DNA from: a virus
Lineage: Duplodnaviria; Caudoviricetes
Virus record (IMG/VR): IMGVR_UViG_3300025392_000672
Location: 1 to 62,391 of that record
Strand: one strand, 5' to 3'
Length of the DNA: 62,391 bases
Below the pieces are notes generated by a model. It made no database searches. It was given only the letters and a program-made list of their open reading frames with translations, and was not told where the DNA came from. The position numbers and the translations under genes were made by a program. This document shows, piece after piece, positions 20,665-29,988 of the stretch. Numbering within the stretch: the first letter of the stretch is position 1; each line of letters begins with the position of its first letter.

Positions 20665-20928
20665 ATGTTAGAAGTAAAGAAATTTTCAGCAAGTTGGTGT
20701 GGACCGTGTAGAGCATTAGCACCTGTAATGAATGAGATTAAAGGACAATTTAATAATGTAACATTTACGGATTATGATGTAGATGAAGCATATGAAGCAG
20801 CAACTCAATATGGTATTCGTTCAGTACCAACTGTAGTGTTAGTAAAAGATGGAGTAGAAATAAATAGATTTACTGGAATGTCTTCTAAGATGGCGTATGT
20901 AAACGCTATTAACGAAGGGTTGAAGTAA
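20665..20928 (+). CDS. trxA: Thioredoxin
   Basis: WCGPC active site and SVPT; follows nrdA. Confidence 0.9.
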   Translation: MLEVKKFSASWCGPCRALAPVMNEIKGQFNNVTFTDYDVDEAYEAATQYGIRSVPTVVLVKDGVEINRFTGMSSKMAYVNAINEGLK

Positions 20929-20951
20929 ACAAAAAAATAAAGGTTACATTT

Positions 20952-21155
20952 ATGGCAATTTTAAGAGGGCAATCACACCCATCGGCAAAGCTTACTGACG
21001 AGCAGGTACTTGCTATTAGAGACTTATGGAAAATGGGTCATCGTAATATCAAAGTAATAGCTCGTAACAATAAGGTATCACCATCAAATGTATTGAAGAT
21101 AGTTCAAAGAAAAACTTGGACACACTTAAATCAATTTTGGTCTGGTAGCTTATGA
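20952..21155 (+). CDS. Small HTH-type DNA-binding protein
   Basis: GQSHPSAKLTDEQV..IR...IA....VS...V..I...KTWTHL resembles the C-terminal HTH of phage HNH endonucleases. Its stop overlaps the next ATG (ATGA). Confidence 0.6.
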   Translation: MAILRGQSHPSAKLTDEQVLAIRDLWKMGHRNIKVIARNNKVSPSNVLKIVQRKTWTHLNQFWSGSL

Positions 21156-21925
21156 AAGTAGAAGGTAAACAATATTGTGACATCTCTAAATTTTCAGTTA
21201 GAGAAATTAATAAAAGCATCGCAAAGGATATCATTGTCAATAACCATTACAGTGGGATATGGACGAAGGTATCCTATGCTTTGGGTTTATTTTATATATC
21301 CGATGATGAGCATTCATTCTTTAGTGGGGTGAATGAACAATTGGTTGGAGTTGCCTGTTATGGTGACCCGGTTGGTAGAAATGCCGGCGCATCAATTTCC
21401 GAATTACTTCCTAGAGATGGTGTATTGGAATTAACACGACTATTTGTATTCGATGGATATGGTAGTAACATTGAGAGTTGGTTTGTTGCACAAACTTTTG
21501 AATGGTTAAGAACTAATGTACCTCGTATAAAAGCACTTATATCTTATTCAGACCCAAACGCTGGGCACTTAGGTACGGTATATCAAGCTACCAATTGGAT
21601 ATATCAGGGTAACAAAATCAGATGGTCGGATAGTTGGTCTTTCAAATGGAGTGAAGATGATGAATGGCATCATTCTCGGACTTCTTATGTGAAGTACGGA
21701 ACGAATGACCCGAAGATAATTCAGACAATGGTTACAAGCCCATTCTGGATTAAAAGAGAACCCCGTAAGCACCGATATGTGTATATTCTAACCAAAGATA
21801 AGAAGGAACGTAAAGCCCTCTTAAAATCGCTTAAACATGAGGTCTTCCCATATCCAAAGGTGGAACTCGATATAATTGATGAGGTGCATAAAATGGACCC
21901 GATAAATTTGGTGGATTCGAATTAA
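21152..21925 (+). CDS. Mom-like GNAT DNA-modification enzyme, paralogue 1
   Basis: HYS, GVACYG, LELTRL, ESWFV, ISYSD..AGHLGTVYQATNWIYQG and KHRYVY follow the motif order of phage Mu Mom-family proteins. Confidence 0.75.
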   Translation: MKVEGKQYCDISKFSVREINKSIAKDIIVNNHYSGIWTKVSYALGLFYISDDEHSFFSGVNEQLVGVACYGDPVGRNAGASISELLPRDGVLELTRLFVFDGYGSNIESWFVAQTFEWLRTNVPRIKALISYSDPNAGHLGTVYQATNWIYQGNKIRWSDSWSFKWSEDDEWHHSRTSYVKYGTNDPKIIQTMVTSPFWIKREPRKHRYVYILTKDKKERKALLKSLKHEVFPYPKVELDIIDEVHKMDPINLVDSN

Positions 21926-21938
21926 TTTCGTATATTTG
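21907..21938 (+). promoter_or_regulatory. Bacteroidota-type promoter for the rimK-like gene
   Basis: TTTG-N20-TATATTTG. Confidence 0.75.
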
Positions 21939-21952
21939 TATAAATTAATGTT

Positions 21953-22837
21953 ATGTCACAAGTTTGGGTATTCTCTAAACATACTGAATCGGAGTTTGAA
22001 AACAAAAGATTGTTGGAAAGCTTTGAGAAAAAAGGAATTGATGCAAAAATAGTTCAACCTGATAATTTTGATATTATTGTTGATAAACATATTGCAGAGG
22101 GTATTTTATATAGTGGAGAATCGATAGAACTACCAAAAATTGTATTAGTAAGAACTGGAAGTGGTACTAATGATTTTATGTTAGCATTATTAAGACAATT
22201 AGAAAAAGCAGGAGTATTATGTATTAATTCAGCTGACCCAATTGAAAAGGTTGCTGATAAATTACAAGCTTCTCAAATACTTTCACAACACAATATTCCT
22301 ATTCCAAATACAATGGTGGTTAAGTACCCTGTTGATGAGAGTATTGTAAAAGATAGAATTGGATTTCCTTGTGTGGTAAAAGTTGTAACCGGAAGTTATG
22401 GTAAAGGAGTTTATCTTTGTGAAAAAAGGAGAGACTTTAGTAAGTTGATGGAATTTATTAGAAGTTTAGGTACATCAAAAACCCTAATCGTTCAGGAATA
22501 TTTAGGATTAAAACCTGGTGAAGATTTAAGAGTATTAGTTATTGGTGGTAAAGTTATTGGGGCAATGAAAAGAATTGGACCCGATGGTGATTTTAGAGCA
22601 AACATAACTAATGGTGGGACAGGTGAGAAATTTGAATTGACAGATGAGATTGATTTTATAGCAAGAGAAACTGCAAGAGTATTAAATTTACATATAGCAG
22701 GAGTGGATTTATTATTTGATGAAAGAGGATTTAGAGTATGTGAAGCAAATTCAGCACCTGGCTTTAAAGGATTTGAAACTTATTGTGACGTTAATGTTGC
22801 AGATTTAATAGCAGATTATATATCATATAAATTATAA
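21953..22837 (+). CDS. RimK/LysX-family ATP-grasp amino-acid ligase
   Basis: ADKL, IPIPNT, FPCVVK..GSYGKGV, IVQEY, DLRVLVIGG, FRANITNGG, AGVDLL, CEANSAPGF. Confidence 0.9.
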   Translation: MSQVWVFSKHTESEFENKRLLESFEKKGIDAKIVQPDNFDIIVDKHIAEGILYSGESIELPKIVLVRTGSGTNDFMLALLRQLEKAGVLCINSADPIEKVADKLQASQILSQHNIPIPNTMVVKYPVDESIVKDRIGFPCVVKVVTGSYGKGVYLCEKRRDFSKLMEFIRSLGTSKTLIVQEYLGLKPGEDLRVLVIGGKVIGAMKRIGPDGDFRANITNGGTGEKFELTDEIDFIARETARVLNLHIAGVDLLFDERGFRVCEANSAPGFKGFETYCDVNVADLIADYISYKL

Positions 22838-22839
22838 AG

Positions 22840-23091
22840 ATGGCTAAGGTAGAAGTACCCACAATCAAACCTAGAAAGTGGGAAATAACTTATAAAGATG
22901 ATGATGGATTTGAATCAACTTGGAAATATGATTTGGATAAATTTAAAAACGGACCTATTTCAGTTGAGAACAAATATCCAGCCGGCTACATCAAAGAGTT
23001 AAAAGTAAAACAAAAGCAGGCAAAAGTAGAAAGAAGTTTATCATTATTAGAAAAAGCAAAATTGGCTAAGAAAAATGCTAAAAAAAGATAA
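22840..23091 (+). CDS. Hypothetical basic protein
   Basis: Tightly packed ORF in the operon. Confidence 0.55.
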   Translation: MAKVEVPTIKPRKWEITYKDDDGFESTWKYDLDKFKNGPISVENKYPAGYIKELKVKQKQAKVERSLSLLEKAKLAKKNAKKR

Positions 23092-23275
23092 AGAAGGATA
23101 TTACATTGTAGATTCGGCTGATAAGTTGAAAGAGTGGCAGTATATGACTGAATTAACTCCAATACAAAAGAGAGCATTGCAGGCTGAGATGAATCCAAAG
23201 CCGGCAAAGAAAGGAACAAATAAAAAGGATGATGATAGACCTATAACATTAAAAAAAGATAAAACCTATTGGTAA
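23075..23275 (+). CDS. Hypothetical protein
   Basis: Tightly packed ORF ending 3 nt before Mom-like paralogue 2. Confidence 0.5.
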   Translation: MLKKDKEGYYIVDSADKLKEWQYMTELTPIQKRALQAEMNPKPAKKGTNKKDDDRPITLKKDKTYW

Positions 23276-23278
23276 ATT

Positions 23279-24079
23279 ATGAAAGAAGAAGGTAAACAAT
23301 ATTGCGATGTATCTAAAGTATATGTTGCACCGATTGCAAAAAATATAGCTAAAGATATTATTGTAACAAAACACTATACGCATGCTTGGACTTCATGTCG
23401 TTATGCATTGGGTATTTATTACAAAGCAGAAGATGCTTTAACATTTGATGGAGATAAACTTATAGGTTGTTTAATCTATGGTTTTCCTGTTGGGGCAAAA
23501 GCAGCAACTTCTGTTTGTGAAGGATTGACTAAAGATAACATTTTAGAATTGACTCGTTTGTATTGTGATGATGGGTATGGTTCTAATATTGAATCGTATG
23601 CAATCTCACAATCTTTTAAATGGTTAAAAGAAAATGATAAAGCAATTAAGTTATTGTTATCATATGCAGATGCTGGACAACAACACTTAGGAGCAATTTA
23701 CCAAGCAACCAATTGGATTTATCAAGGTATTTCATCGGATATTGCATTGATGCCAAACTGGGGTATATCATTGCAAGAAAATCCTTATAAGTGGATTCAT
23801 AGTAGAACTGTATTTAGTAAATGGGGTAGTGGTAACTTAGAACATTTAAAGAATGAAATTGGTAAGGAAGGTTATCAATACTTTTGGAGAAGAATGGAGC
23901 CACCAAAGCATAGATATGTACAATTACTTCCGCAAGATAAAAAAGAAAGAAAATCCCTAATGAAAGCTTTAAAACATCCAATTAGACCTTATCCAAAATC
24001 GGCTACGGATTTCAATACCGAAGTAGTAAGACATGAAACCAATTATGTAGCACCTATTGGAGATGAGAACTATTGGTAG
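23279..24079 (+). CDS. Mom-like GNAT DNA-modification enzyme, paralogue 2
   Basis: HYT, LELTRL, GYGSNIES, LSYAD...HLGAIYQATNWIYQG, KHRYV; collinear with 21152..21925. Confidence 0.75.
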   Translation: MKEEGKQYCDVSKVYVAPIAKNIAKDIIVTKHYTHAWTSCRYALGIYYKAEDALTFDGDKLIGCLIYGFPVGAKAATSVCEGLTKDNILELTRLYCDDGYGSNIESYAISQSFKWLKENDKAIKLLLSYADAGQQHLGAIYQATNWIYQGISSDIALMPNWGISLQENPYKWIHSRTVFSKWGSGNLEHLKNEIGKEGYQYFWRRMEPPKHRYVQLLPQDKKERKSLMKALKHPIRPYPKSATDFNTEVVRHETNYVAPIGDENYW

Positions 24080-24082
24080 TAT

Positions 24083-24109
24083 ATAACTCATTGATAATCA
24101 ATAACTTAT
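24083..24109. promoter_or_regulatory. 27-bp palindromic operator-like element (single copy)
   Basis: ATAACTCATTGA-TAA-TCAATAACTTAT; same family as the arrays at 58383 and 60767. Confidence 0.65.
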
Positions 24110-24127
24110 AAAAAATCCCTCAAAATG

Positions 24128-24159
24128 TTTGGCAAATTGGGGGATTTTTCGTATCTTTG
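24128..24159 (+). promoter_or_regulatory. Bacteroidota-type promoter embedded in a terminator-like hairpin
   Basis: TTTG-N20-TATCTTTG; the hairpin AAAAATCCCTCAA...TTGGGGGATTTTT (24111-24149) encloses the TTTG. Confidence 0.7.
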
Positions 24160-24186
24160 AGTATTATAAAATATAAAATACATTAA

Positions 24187-25401
24187 ATGGCTAAAACAAA
24201 AAATACTAAACAAAAAATTGAGTTTAAGTACACAGAAAGAAATGGTAAAATGTTTGTACATCCATCTGAATTAAAACCAAATCCATTAAATATAGAAATA
24301 TATTCTAACAAAGAAGAAGAAACAAAAACTCAAGAAGATATTGCTAAATCTTTTAAAGATAGAATAGAAAATGGACAAGAACCAAATGTACAATCTGTTA
24401 TTGTTTATCCAGATGGATTAATTGATGCGGGTCATACTAGATGGAAAGCAGCAAAATTAGCTAATTGTGAAATTTGGGTTACACTATCAGATTCCCCATA
24501 TCCGGATATTAAAAACAAACCATACTCAGCATTAGAGCAAGTTACATCAACAAACAAATATCGTAAAATTACACCATCAGTTAAACTAAATGAATTTGAA
24601 GCAAAAAATAAAGCTTACGCTTTAGAATTTGGTAAAGCGAGAAGTAGAAAGGATGAAGATGTTCATTTAAAAGATATGTCCATAGCAAGAGATACTATGG
24701 AAAAACTGCAAGAAATTAAATCAAATAGAGCAGATTTACTTCCTCTTATTGATAGCGGTGAATATACTGTTAAAGCAGCACATGATGAAGCAACTGGTAA
24801 GAATAAAGTTAAGGTTGTAAAATCAAATAATCCTGATAGAGACTGGAGTGAAATATATACTACTAATGTATTCAAAATTATTATGAATAGAGTAGCTAAT
24901 GTAATAGCTCAAATGAAAGATATTAGTTACAAATTAAATGGTGAAGATATCAATCCATTTAATGATTTTGTTAAAGCTGCAGTTACTGCAAATATATCTT
25001 GGACAATGGAAAGTATAGGAGCAGAAGTTTTACGAGGAGAAGGATATGATGTTAGATGTGCTAGTGGACACCCAACAGACCCCGATATTTATCACAATGA
25101 TATTGATGATAAAGTTGAAATTAAAGTTACTAACTTTGATGCAGCTAACACAAAATGGAAAGGAGGACAAGGTATTAGAGAAGGACAATATATATTAGTT
25201 GCATATGATGAACAAATTGAAAGATGGCTAGTTATATTTACAAAATTAACAGCTAAGGATTGGAAATCAGCTGGTCAAGCGGGTCATATATTACCTATTA
25301 AAAATGTATATGATAACCATAAAAAGGATATGCAGATTGTATATGGTGAAATTTATCAATCTAATGGTAAATTACAAGTTCAATTGGAAAAATTAAAATA
25401 A
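24187..25401 (+). CDS. ParB/Srx-like N-terminal domain fused to a PD-(D/E)xK nuclease-like domain
   Basis: LKPNPLNIEIY...LIDAGHTRWKAA (ParB-like); C-terminal E...DPDIY.....KVEIKVT (PD-(D/E)xK). Confidence 0.65.
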   Translation: MAKTKNTKQKIEFKYTERNGKMFVHPSELKPNPLNIEIYSNKEEETKTQEDIAKSFKDRIENGQEPNVQSVIVYPDGLIDAGHTRWKAAKLANCEIWVTLSDSPYPDIKNKPYSALEQVTSTNKYRKITPSVKLNEFEAKNKAYALEFGKARSRKDEDVHLKDMSIARDTMEKLQEIKSNRADLLPLIDSGEYTVKAAHDEATGKNKVKVVKSNNPDRDWSEIYTTNVFKIIMNRVANVIAQMKDISYKLNGEDINPFNDFVKAAVTANISWTMESIGAEVLRGEGYDVRCASGHPTDPDIYHNDIDDKVEIKVTNFDAANTKWKGGQGIREGQYILVAYDEQIERWLVIFTKLTAKDWKSAGQAGHILPIKNVYDNHKKDMQIVYGEIYQSNGKLQVQLEKLK

Positions 25402-26516
25402 TGAATTTTTGGGATGGACAATTAAGTAAAGAAGCAAGGCGTGTTTTGGTGATACCTAATATCACCAATTCCGCTAATATAGAAAAAGATTCATTCGTAG
25501 ATGTTATCTATAATCACATTAAAGGTTTAGAGCAACACGGAGAATACTTTTGGAATATTATATTACCCGAGCCGGTTAAGAAACTGAATTTACTAAATGT
25601 AAAGCAGCATATCTTACCCTTCTCGGGCGATATGATTAAGATGCGTACCTATCCGCCGGATTTTAATAGGTTATTAGAAACATTAGAATATGATGTTATC
25701 TATTCGCATTTGCCGGATTGGCCGCAAGTTGGTAGATACAAAAACGATTTCAATACAAAAATTATTGGTTATTGTCATTGGTGGGAAATGAAAACCTGCA
25801 ATGCAGAAGATAGAAAAAATAAATGGAGATGGATGCCTATTGAACTATTAGGTATATCTCAAATGGAAACCTGCTATCTAAATACACAGGACCAAAAGAA
25901 TAGAGTATTAGAAGAAGCTAAGATTTGGTTTAATGATGAGTTTGTTAAAAAATTAGATGAAATTTTAGTAGTTTGGAATTTGGGATTACCAAAAGATAAT
26001 GTAGTAGAATCGGCATCAGATGACAAATTAAATATTATTGTATTCAATCATAGAGCAGCAGCTTATAAAGGATATCCAGCTTTTATTAAATTGATGGAAG
26101 AATATAGAGAAAGAAGGCAAGATTTTAGTGTATGGGTGCCTCAATTAAAAGGAACACCTGAACATAACTGGATTGATGCAACTAAACTTGCAAAGCATGA
26201 TTATTATAAAAGATTACAACAATGTAAAGTTGGCATTCAAATGAGGCAAACTAATTATGGTTGGAGTGTATCTGCAACCGATTGCTTAATGAATGGTACA
26301 CCAATGATATATCAAGAATCATTATGTTATGAAGAAATAGAACCAAACGGATTGTTTTTTAAATTTAAAAAAGACCTGTTTGAAATGTTAGATAATATTT
26401 TGGATGACGATAATTATAGAAGGGATAGAGAGATTAAAAGTATAGCTAGAGCATTAGAACTTTCTGAAAATGAAGGAAAGATGTTAAATCAATTAAACAT
26501 AAAATTAAAAGTATAG
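25401..26516 (+). CDS. GT-B fold glycosyltransferase (candidate DNA glycosyltransferase)
   Basis: YDVIYSH, IVFNHRAAAYKGY, YGWSVSATDCLMNGTPMI; stop abuts the polB ATG. Confidence 0.7.
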   Translation: MNFWDGQLSKEARRVLVIPNITNSANIEKDSFVDVIYNHIKGLEQHGEYFWNIILPEPVKKLNLLNVKQHILPFSGDMIKMRTYPPDFNRLLETLEYDVIYSHLPDWPQVGRYKNDFNTKIIGYCHWWEMKTCNAEDRKNKWRWMPIELLGISQMETCYLNTQDQKNRVLEEAKIWFNDEFVKKLDEILVVWNLGLPKDNVVESASDDKLNIIVFNHRAAAYKGYPAFIKLMEEYRERRQDFSVWVPQLKGTPEHNWIDATKLAKHDYYKRLQQCKVGIQMRQTNYGWSVSATDCLMNGTPMIYQESLCYEEIEPNGLFFKFKKDLFEMLDNILDDDNYRRDREIKSIARALELSENEGKMLNQLNIKLKV

Positions 26517-29039
26517 ATGTATCAAAATATATATTTTCAGAGAGAAAAGAATTTAATCCATTTATGGGATGATAAATTATCATATCGTACATTTCCGTAC
26601 ACTAGATATGCATATGAAAAAGCAGAGAGAGGTCAATATACTTCATTGTATGGTGATAAGTTAGATAAGATTTTTAAATTCAGTAAAGATGACCCAAATT
26701 TATTTGAATCAGATGTTGCTGAAACTACAAGAGTATTAGTTGATACATATACTGATTCTGATATTCCATCGGAAGGACATGTTATTCTAACATACGATAT
26801 TGAGTGTGAAATGGATACGGGATTGCCTGATGTTGAGAAATCTGAAAATGAATTAACAGCCATAGGTTTGCATGATTCTGCTTCTGACCATTATTGGGTT
26901 TTAATTATGGATAAAGCTGGCAAGATGAGTGAGAAGAAGACCGGCAATCGTACTGTAATTCCTTTTAGAGATGAGAGGGATATGTGTATGAAGTATTTAG
27001 AATTATATGAGTATATCAATCCAACAATCGTAACGGGTTGGAATATTGATAACTTTGATACTCCTTATTTATATAATCGTATTAAAAGACTATTAGGCGT
27101 TAAGCACGCTAATAGGCTAAGCCCAATAGGTGAATGTTTTTGGTCTCCATATCGTAAGAGATTCTATATGGCCGGCGTATCTTATTTAGACTACCTTGCT
27201 CTATATAAGAACTTCACCTATTCGGAATTAGATAACTATCGTTTGGATAGTATTGCGATGAAGGAATTGGGTAGAGGTAAAGTTGAGTATAAAGGTTCAT
27301 TGGATGATTTGTTTGTTAGAGATATTGAAAAGTTCATTGAGTATAACTTAGTGGACGTTCAATTAGTTGTTGATATGGATACAAAATTACAATTCATTGA
27401 TACCGCAAGAGGTATTTGTCACGCTGGGCATGTACCTTATGAAGATTTTGTTTATTCATCAAAATACTTAGAGGGTGCATTACTTTGTTACCTTAAGAGA
27501 AGAAATATTGTAGCTCCTAACAAACCTGCGGATAGACAAGAAAGAATGCAAGCACTTAGAGATAACGATGAAGAAAAATTCATTGGGGCATATGTTAAAG
27601 CACCTATCGTTGGTAAGTACGAATGGATATATGACTTGGATTTAACTTCACTATACCCATCAATCATTATGACAACTAATATTTCACCAGAAACTAAAGT
27701 TGGTAAGATTGATAATTGGGATGCACAAAAGTTTATGAAGGGTGAGATTGATACATTCTTTTTAGGAGATAAAAGTATTTCAAAAGAAAACCTTAAGAAG
27801 TTATTGGATGAAAGTAAATACGCTATATCATCTAACGGAGTTCTTTACACTACTGATAAGGTAGGTTGTATTCCTGATATCTTAGACTTGTGGTTTAAAC
27901 AAAGGGTTGAGTTCAGAGCTTTGGAAAAAAAGTATGGTGAGAGTGGTGATAAAGAAAAATATGCATTCTATAAGAAAAGACAGTTGGTACAAAAAATCTT
28001 ATTGAACTCTTTATATGGAGTATTGGGATTGCCGGCTTTCCGTTTCTATGATGTAGATAACGCTGAGGCTGTAACAACAACAGGTCAGACCGTGATTAAA
28101 TCAACGGCGGATATGGCTAACATTAAATACAATAAAGAGTTAGGAACTAAAGGAGAAGATTTTAACATATACATTGATACGGATTCGGTATTCTTTTCAG
28201 CAGTACCTATCTTAGACCATAGACATACTGATTGGAGAAAATTGCCTGATGCTGAAATTGCATTATTGGTGGATAATATAGCTGGTGAAACGCAAGACTT
28301 CTTAAATAAATTCTATGATGTATTGGCTGAGAAAGTATTCAATGTAGATAAATCAAAACACCGATTCCAAATTAAAAAAGAGTTTGTAAGTAGAAGTGGT
28401 ATTTGGATTGCTAAGAAACGATACGCTCAATGGATTATTGCAGAGAATGGTATTCCTTGTGATACATTGCAAGTTAAAGGATTAGACGTGGTTCGTTCAT
28501 CATATCCAGCTGAGTTCCGTAAATTTATGAGTGGTGTTCTTATTGATATTCTTAAAGGTGAAAACGAAACAACATTAACTGATAAGATATATGATTTTAA
28601 GAAATCCTTATCAACAATGGATGTGGTTAGTATAGCTAAAAACTCAGCAGTAAAGGAAATATCAAAATACATTCCAAAGAAAAAAGATAATAGAGCAATG
28701 TTCCAATTTAATAGTGGAACGCCGGCTCACGTTAAAGCAGCAATTGCACATAATCAATTGTTAGTTCACTTTAAATGTTCCGCTAAGCACGCTCCAATGA
28801 GAGATGGTGATAAGGTTAAGTGGGTATATCTAAAACAAAACCCATACGGATTGGATGCGGTAGCATTTAAGGGTTATGAAGACCCGGATGAGATAATGGA
28901 TTTAGTAAAAACTTATATCGATTATGACAAGATTTTTGAGAGAGAATTACTTAAGAAATTAGAGGATTTTTACGGAGCATTGGGTTGGGGAGCTGTACTA
29001 TCATCACAAAAGACTGCAGAACAATTCTTCGCATTTTAA
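26517..29039 (+). CDS. Family B DNA polymerase (gp43-like)
   Basis: Exonuclease YDIE, TGWNIDNFD, YNLVD; polymerase DLTSLYPS, KILLNSLYG, YIDTDS, KKRY, KGLD. Confidence 0.96.
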   Translation: MYQNIYFQREKNLIHLWDDKLSYRTFPYTRYAYEKAERGQYTSLYGDKLDKIFKFSKDDPNLFESDVAETTRVLVDTYTDSDIPSEGHVILTYDIECEMDTGLPDVEKSENELTAIGLHDSASDHYWVLIMDKAGKMSEKKTGNRTVIPFRDERDMCMKYLELYEYINPTIVTGWNIDNFDTPYLYNRIKRLLGVKHANRLSPIGECFWSPYRKRFYMAGVSYLDYLALYKNFTYSELDNYRLDSIAMKELGRGKVEYKGSLDDLFVRDIEKFIEYNLVDVQLVVDMDTKLQFIDTARGICHAGHVPYEDFVYSSKYLEGALLCYLKRRNIVAPNKPADRQERMQALRDNDEEKFIGAYVKAPIVGKYEWIYDLDLTSLYPSIIMTTNISPETKVGKIDNWDAQKFMKGEIDTFFLGDKSISKENLKKLLDESKYAISSNGVLYTTDKVGCIPDILDLWFKQRVEFRALEKKYGESGDKEKYAFYKKRQLVQKILLNSLYGVLGLPAFRFYDVDNAEAVTTTGQTVIKSTADMANIKYNKELGTKGEDFNIYIDTDSVFFSAVPILDHRHTDWRKLPDAEIALLVDNIAGETQDFLNKFYDVLAEKVFNVDKSKHRFQIKKEFVSRSGIWIAKKRYAQWIIAENGIPCDTLQVKGLDVVRSSYPAEFRKFMSGVLIDILKGENETTLTDKIYDFKKSLSTMDVVSIAKNSAVKEISKYIPKKKDNRAMFQFNSGTPAHVKAAIAHNQLLVHFKCSAKHAPMRDGDKVKWVYLKQNPYGLDAVAFKGYEDPDEIMDLVKTYIDYDKIFERELLKKLEDFYGALGWGAVLSSQKTAEQFFAF

Positions 29040-29071
29040 TTTGGTAGAATCAGATATTTTTCGTATATTTG
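29040..29071 (+). promoter_or_regulatory. Bacteroidota-type promoter
   Basis: TTTG-N20-TATATTTG upstream of the clamp gene. Confidence 0.75.
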
Positions 29072-29101
29072 TGTAATATAAAACTTTAAATAAATAAAAC
29101 T

Positions 29102-29797
29102 ATGAACAAAAGTAAATTTGATGGTTTCATTAATCGTTACAATTTAGGCGGTGAGATTGAATCCGTTATGGTGAAATCCGATGACAAGACTGTATCGGTA
29201 AGAATGATTTCAGATGATAAAACATTGTTAGGTGATGTGACAGTTGCAGAAACTGATTTCCCTAATGGTGAATATGGTATTTATACCACATCACAATTAA
29301 AAGGATTATTAAGTGTATTAGATGAAGCTATCTCTATTGAGGAAGTGACTGGTGCATTAAAATTCTCCGATAAAAAAACAAAGGTACAATATATGTTGGC
29401 AGCACCATCTGTTATTCCAGCAGTACCTGATTTAAAAGCATTACCTCCATTTGATGCAGAGGTAAGTTTAGATGATGACTTTGTAAATAAGTTTATCAAA
29501 TCTAAAGGAGCATTAGCTGATGCAGATACTTTCACATTTACTGTTAAAGATAAAAAAGCTGAAATTATCTTAGGTTACTCATCAATTAACTCAAATAGAA
29601 TTTCTATTAGTGTTGATAGTACGGCTAAAGCTGATATTGAACCAATTGCTTTTTCAGCAAAATATTTGAAAGCTATCTTAACGGCTAACAAAGGTTCTAA
29701 AACATCTTCATTAAAAATCTCATCTAAGGGATTATCGCATGTATCATTTACTGATGGTGATTATACATCAAACTATTACTTGGTAGAAATTAAATAA
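29102..29797 (+). CDS. Sliding clamp (gp45/PCNA-like)
   Basis: 231 aa with a two-lobe pattern (GIY..SQL..LL, F..KYLKAIL, C-terminal YYLV); follows polB, and clamp-loader genes lie nearby. Confidence 0.7.
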   Translation: MNKSKFDGFINRYNLGGEIESVMVKSDDKTVSVRMISDDKTLLGDVTVAETDFPNGEYGIYTTSQLKGLLSVLDEAISIEEVTGALKFSDKKTKVQYMLAAPSVIPAVPDLKALPPFDAEVSLDDDFVNKFIKSKGALADADTFTFTVKDKKAEIILGYSSINSNRISISVDSTAKADIEPIAFSAKYLKAILTANKGSKTSSLKISSKGLSHVSFTDGDYTSNYYLVEIK

Positions 29798-29798
29798 T

Positions 29799-29978
29799 AT
29801 GGCAAATCAACATTACACTTTAATTACTGAATCAACACTTACAATAAAAGATAAGACTTATGTTGTGGATAGTTACAATTCTAATTTAGAAGAATTTTTA
29901 AATAAAAATGCTGGTAAAGAGATTTACATATTAGAAACATCCATACTAACAGAAACAATACAAGCAATTGTAATATAA
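29799..29978 (+). CDS. Small hypothetical protein (59 aa); not in the ORF track
   Basis: MANQHYTLITESTLTIKDKTY...TETIQAIVI* fills the gap between the clamp and DUF4338-like genes. Confidence 0.5.
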   Translation: MANQHYTLITESTLTIKDKTYVVDSYNSNLEEFLNKNAGKEIYILETSILTETIQAIVI

Positions 29979-29988
29979 ATTAATCACT

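Noticed and set aside
18866-29039. Inteins or introns in nrdA, nrdB or polB
   Set aside because: Lengths are normal or short, motifs are contiguous, and no intein end motifs or LAGLIDADG blocks are seen.
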